Of a DNA stretch of 64,000 bases, positions 59,534-64,000 are shown in pieces. Location: the NCBI GenBank assembly GCA_946965045.2, contig OX337237.1, positions 806,001-870,000 on the forward strand. The letters run 5' to 3'. The translations under genes were made by a program, and so were the position numbers. The DNA is from Epithemia pelagica. Lineage: Eukaryota; Protista; Bacillariophyta. The notes under the pieces were generated by a model that was given only the letters and a program-made list of their open reading frames with translations, was not told the origin of the DNA and did not search any database. How positions within the stretch are numbered: the stretch's first letter is position 1; the number at the start of each line of letters is the position of its first letter.

Positions 59534-60275
59534 TGAGAATTCAGAAGGGTAATAGGTAGTTGGGTAAAAGGCTCGCTGAGCCGACAATCGAATCACCAAC
59601 CGATACAACAATCCTCCACGGGTCAGAGAAGAGTTGCAAGTCAAAGTCCGCCGTGGGTGGGGGCAGTCGGTCCACTGATAAGAGGTTAGTCTTAAGATGA
59701 GTGTTAAAATGGTGATATTAATGATTGTGAGATGATTACTAACTAAGGTGTTTGATGAAGGTCGAGGTCCTGGCTCTTGTATACGGCCATGGATCTGGTG
59801 TGATAGGTCCTCAAATGGTTGGAGTAGACCTGCATTGTTGTATTGAAAGTATATGCAGTTGTATATCATATACCAATGCCAACAGCTCTTGCTTTGTTGT
59901 GATATAGGTAGTTTTCTTGGCGCGTTGTTGATTGCATTCTTGGAATTGTGGGAAAGGAAATATGGTCTCGCGTGATCGTGATTCGTGCTTTGATTACTTA
60001 GGTCGTTGAGGTAAGTCGTGGAGGTGCTCACTCGGATCGTGATTGCGCGCGCTTGAGAATATTGGGCGCGCACGTGATGGGCCATAGTCAATATCCGAGC
60101 GGTCGCCGATAGCGCGTGCATTGCGAGCATGCCTTGGCCAAAATTATAGGTCCGCGAGCATGCCGTCGTTCTTTTCTCACTTTTACACAAATGTCATCGG
60201 ATGCCATAAAATACTAGCATCAGTTGATGTGTTGTAGATTCCACCACCACCTAGTTAAAGGTGAGAATCCTAACA
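59534..60275 (-). repeat. Putative 3' LTR (about 742 bp)
   Basis: On the minus strand a PPT-like GTGGGGAG (60276-60283) is followed by TGTTAGG...; the segment ends ...GAATTCTCA at 59534, where the tandem-array sequence stops. The second LTR is not visible, so the boundary is unconfirmed. Confidence 0.65.
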
Positions 60276-61849
60276 CTCCCCACAATTCGTCGAGTGAGGA
60301 TTGTTATTTTCCTTGTCATGCTTCTGAACGTTTCCTCCCCAGAAGAATATGATCTTGAACGTGGTCCATACTTTCGAGAATTTCCAATGCTTACTGACAA
60401 TGTATCCCGGACGCTCTCATAGGGATATCTCAGGCAATAAGTAATCAGTTCATCATTCTTCAGTTGGTAGGTCTTGTCGGTGCCCTTTGAGCTATGCTCC
60501 CCAGGTGCCTTCTTCATCCAAACATTGGGATCTGCTTTAGTTGGTGACAAATCCATATCAAGTGGGATGTCAAAGAAACAGTCACGCCAACATGCTCCTG
60601 AAGATTTTAATCCCTTTGAGGCCTTGTGCGTAATCAAGATGTGACCTGATTCCTTGAGTTCTTGTCTTGCAACTATCAAGATCTTCTCTCCAGATAAAGC
60701 TTCCAGGTCGTGTGCATTTCCAACTTTTGCTCCCCATATATCCATATCATTGAGAATCCCAAGACAGGTGGTTGTATGAAAGTTGTGAATGGAAGTAGTA
60801 CACAAAAGGATTGCCTCAACCGGTTCTTTGGTAAAAGCCTCGTCTGTGATGAGAAGTGCTGGGCGGCTATCATCATGTTTTACAAGATGGATTTGAATCT
60901 TGTTCTTGTGATACTCTTCTGGTGATGCATTTATCATTTCCCTTCTCTTGAACTGAGCTTGAACGCAATCCTTGACTTTCGTGAGGGATTGGATCTGTGA
61001 AGCCTGAAAGAGCTCAACTTCAGTAGTGTCGTGCCACTTTCTTTTACCATGTTGCTTGTCTAACAAAACAACTAATTCTTCATTTGTCATTGAAACTTGA
61101 TAACCAAACTTGTACTTGATGGAACGACAGACTTGCTTGATTCTTGACTGCTGTTTGGCAGCTTGAACAAGGCATTTACTGGTCTTGACAAAACGCTTGA
61201 GATGTTTCCATCCAAGTTCATTTAATAGGTCATGTTTCTTGGCATAGGCATCATTTACCATGAGTGACGGAGGCTCATAGATCATCTCCCCAGTCTCCCA
61301 ATCAACAAGTATATTACAGTGACTTCTTTTGTAGTCAGGATTGTTGCTAATACTTGACGGTTCTTGATCTGCAACAACGTCCCTGAACTGAAAAACGTCA
61401 TCTTCAGTTTCCTGTGCTTGGTTGTCCTGTTTGATGTATTCCATATGTTGACGGTATGAAATTATCTTGTCAATGTCGGAAATGGATTTGCAGAAAGTGT
61501 ACTTGATACAGTCTTCTTGCTTGAGAGCATCTTGTTCTAAATCAATGACGCATCTTATAAGACACGGTTGTGGTTGCTCCTCATTATACGGTTGTCGTTG
61601 CTCCCCATTTTCCTCTGGATCATAAACAAGGAAAGGTTGTCCAATAGTGTCATCATGTTTGATCGTTGGAATTTGCGTGGATGGATCTTCACCTTTGCTA
61701 GAAATGAGAACAATGTCAGCTTGCTTGCCGTTGGGTTCACTTGGAAGCGATTCCTCCCCTGAAGAGGTATCCACACAAAGGTTGCTGGGTGGCGTGGGTG
61801 CATCATGAAGAATGGCAGAGTAACAAAGGGTTTGAGTGTCCAGAGACAA
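60251..61849 (-). pseudogene. pol: Copia pol relic (chromo-like linker and partial RT)
   Basis: ILVDWETGEMIYEP..YAKKHDLLNELGWK; degenerate RT motifs KVGNAHDLEAL (DVGNAYLEA), KASKGLKSSGACW (KALYGLK) and KADPNVWM. No YVDD, RNase H or integrase core seen. Confidence 0.8.
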
Positions 61850-61972
61850 AGTATCACCAATAGGAGGGGCAAAAACAAGCCAGTAGCCAAGTGTCGTGAC
61901 AAAAGAGGGAGGGTAGGGACGGTAGGGACGGTGGGAGAGGGCATATGATTCGGTAAAGTAGGGGGCCTTGTC

Positions 61973-63667
61973 CTAGATAAGGAAGAAAAGAGGGTGGGTA
62001 ATGCCGGGTGGGCGACCATTGGGGATCTCAAGAGGGATATGGCCCGAAACGGTCACGACGTACGTTGTCCTCTTAACGGTCTGATAACGGTTCTCAGCCA
62101 TGTTCTGATCTTGGAGGTATGGTTTGGAACAGTATTCTCCAAGCAGGGGTGTGAAGAAGGAAGGCGTATCAGGTCCATGATCGTAAGGTAAATCCAAGAG
62201 AAGGTTGAGGTTACAGACAACACGATTGGTATACTTCCCAAAAGCATCATTCGGATTGCCATCATTTTCAACAGTCCTCGAAGAAGGTGCCGTATCTTGC
62301 ATGGGATCAAGATACCAATGATTATAGCCAGTCAATTGATTGTCACCGGAGAAAGTAGACATGCGAGAGAGCAGATGTCGAGATATCTCAACTTTCTGTT
62401 TACAGTTGTTGTTCTCGAGGCAATCATTAGGGACGGATGTTGCCTTGGTATTGGACACCAAATTAGCAAGATCAGATGTTGGATGATTGACATCAAAATT
62501 GGTCACAACTTGTGGAACCAACCGGGTAATCAGATCAAAGAAATTATCTTGATGGTCTTGGGAATCATCTTGAATCATGTCGTCAATCCATGCACGACCA
62601 GGGTCGGGATCAGGTTCCGGATCAATGTCAAGAGTATGCGTCTGTTCCATGCATGCAGTTGTTGATGACACATTCTGGGTAGACTTGTTGTACGCAATGA
62701 TTACTTGACGACTATTGTCGTTGAGTTTACTCCATAGATTTCTTGGAAGACTGATCTTTGGACGAAGCGAAGATGATTCCTTGGTCTTCACGTTAGTTCT
62801 CTTAATCATGCGGTGTTTTTCTTTGGGTGATAGATCTTTGATATCAAAATCTTGATCATATTGAAAGTCGCATTGCTTGGTATGCTTAAGTCGGTTAGAC
62901 TTTGGTGCTCGAGTTGCTTGGTTATGATCATATGCGGCATCAAGGAGAAGACGGAAATATGATTGATAACAAAGTGTCTTTGCACCAGACAAGATGTTGA
63001 CTTGTCGTAAATCAGGTACCTTTTCAACGGCTTTCATCAGGAAGGTCATCCAAGTGGAGTGGCCAGGAATGTGATCAAACATTGATCCCAGATTGTCAAG
63101 AAGATGGAATTGGTGTTGAAAGTGGAGAAGAAACTGATAGGTTGTGCCGTGCCATGAATCATCGAGACGAAGATTGGAGATGTAGTTGTTAAGACGTAGC
63201 ACCTCTCTTTTTGCTAAACGAAATGACAAAATGCAACCTTGGTTCAGACGGAGCTTGGTGAAGTCTGCATTGATTCTCCAATGATCATAATTGGCCTTGG
63301 TGAGGTTCAACCAGGTAGAGCGAGGTAAATCAGACTGCTGCAGGGTTGAGGTTTGTTCTCGTGACCAATGTGCTAGGATCTTCAGTTGATGCCTTGTATA
63401 TGTCTTCAGGTCCATGGTCTTGTTCCCATACTTGTATTGTCCAAGGTCCTTGATATTCTTTTCTGGATTGACTGCAAGATAGTCGATGACATTCATAATG
63501 TGTTCGAAACCACTATGTTTTATCCATTGATGAAGGGCTTGAGCTTGTTCTTCATCACATTCAAATAGATGCTGGGTGATATGATTGAACACTTGTGTAT
63601 CTGATATGTCAGGCGGTACTGAGTCGTCAGAAGGAAGAGAAGGTGTCTTGGGGTATGTTGGATCCAT
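61973..63667 (-). CDS. gag: CoDi-like Gag (possibly fused to a truncated pol start)
   Basis: YISNLRLDDSWHGTTYQFLLHF, FLMKAVEKVPDLRQV, Y.SY..LLLDAA..H resemble diatom Copia Gag; lies upstream of the pol relic. Confidence 0.7.
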   Translation of the reverse strand: MDPTYPKTPSLPSDDSVPPDISDTQVFNHITQHLFECDEEQAQALHQWIKHSGFEHIMNVIDYLAVNPEKNIKDLGQYKYGNKTMDLKTYTRHQLKILAHWSREQTSTLQQSDLPRSTWLNLTKANYDHWRINADFTKLRLNQGCILSFRLAKREVLRLNNYISNLRLDDSWHGTTYQFLLHFQHQFHLLDNLGSMFDHIPGHSTWMTFLMKAVEKVPDLRQVNILSGAKTLCYQSYFRLLLDAAYDHNQATRAPKSNRLKHTKQCDFQYDQDFDIKDLSPKEKHRMIKRTNVKTKESSSLRPKISLPRNLWSKLNDNSRQVIIAYNKSTQNVSSTTACMEQTHTLDIDPEPDPDPGRAWIDDMIQDDSQDHQDNFFDLITRLVPQVVTNFDVNHPTSDLANLVSNTKATSVPNDCLENNNCKQKVEISRHLLSRMSTFSGDNQLTGYNHWYLDPMQDTAPSSRTVENDGNPNDAFGKYTNRVVCNLNLLLDLPYDHGPDTPSFFTPLLGEYCSKPYLQDQNMAENRYQTVKRTTYVVTVSGHIPLEIPNGRPPGITHPLFFLI

Positions 63668-64000
63668 GGTAGTATATGGTTGGTTCGTTGTTTATTTAAT
63701 GTGTGGTGTGATCTGAACCCGGATGTACCACGTGTGTGCCACGTATGTAAGTACCCGGATGTGTGTTGTGCTTGGAACCCGGATGTGAGGGTCTCGGTTT
63801 TGTCTCTGGTTTGTCGTGGAAACTACTTAAAGTTACTTATCCTTGGTCACTTCCAGACTCGTTGCGGTGATCGAGTTGAACCGGGGAGTCAGGAATAGTG
63901 GTAGCTTCCTCGTCTTGCTCGTAGTCCTCAACAAAGTACTGGTCAGGTGAGTATTGGGAAGGTAGTTGCACGGAGTCCTGGTCCAGCTTGAGGTCCTGGA

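Larger units (their letters stand above)
55636..59536. repeat. Tandem array of three near-identical 1300-bp units
   Basis: aagaaagacagccata recurs at 55636, 56936 and 58236; ORF track repeats with a 1300 offset; only a few SNPs seen. Confidence 0.97.
59534..64000 (-). mobile_element. Ty1/Copia (CoDi-like) LTR retrotransposon, internally deleted; 5' LTR is outside the window
   Basis: Gag-like ORF, pol relic, polypurine tract and a TG...CA-bounded 3' LTR, all on the minus strand. Confidence 0.85.

Noticed and set aside
55636-59536. CRISPR array or rDNA-type repeat
   Set aside because: Units are 1300 bp, near-identical and contain protein-coding fragments; no repeat-spacer structure or rRNA similarity.

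Overview
Eukaryotic nuclear DNA, most likely from a pennate diatom. This rests on GT-AG introns, a signal peptide plus 'A|FVP' plastid presequence, a CoDi-like Ty1/Copia element and a diatom-type LRR family. Three apparently intact housekeeping genes (ABC1 kinase, IPI1/TEX10, MCM9) frame large accessory tracts. These tracts hold four full-length type-II membrane LRR receptor-like genes plus fragments, a tandem periplasmic-binding-protein receptor and a GIN-domain protein; most carry nonsense or frameshift lesions. The 16-28 kb block carries prokaryote/virus-like conflict domains: TIR + DUF5919/PLD-like + TM, a RelE/DUF4258-like-vWA-alpha-kinase, an endogenous CRESS-DNA-virus Rep fragment, a Crinkler-type NTPase+REase and an ankyrin pseudogene. 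At 53.2 kb a large helical protein begins with a clear bacterial HicA-type RNase domain. The window ends with an exact 3x1300-bp tandem array abutting the LTR of an internally deleted Copia element. All domain calls are by-eye motif recognition; no searches were run.
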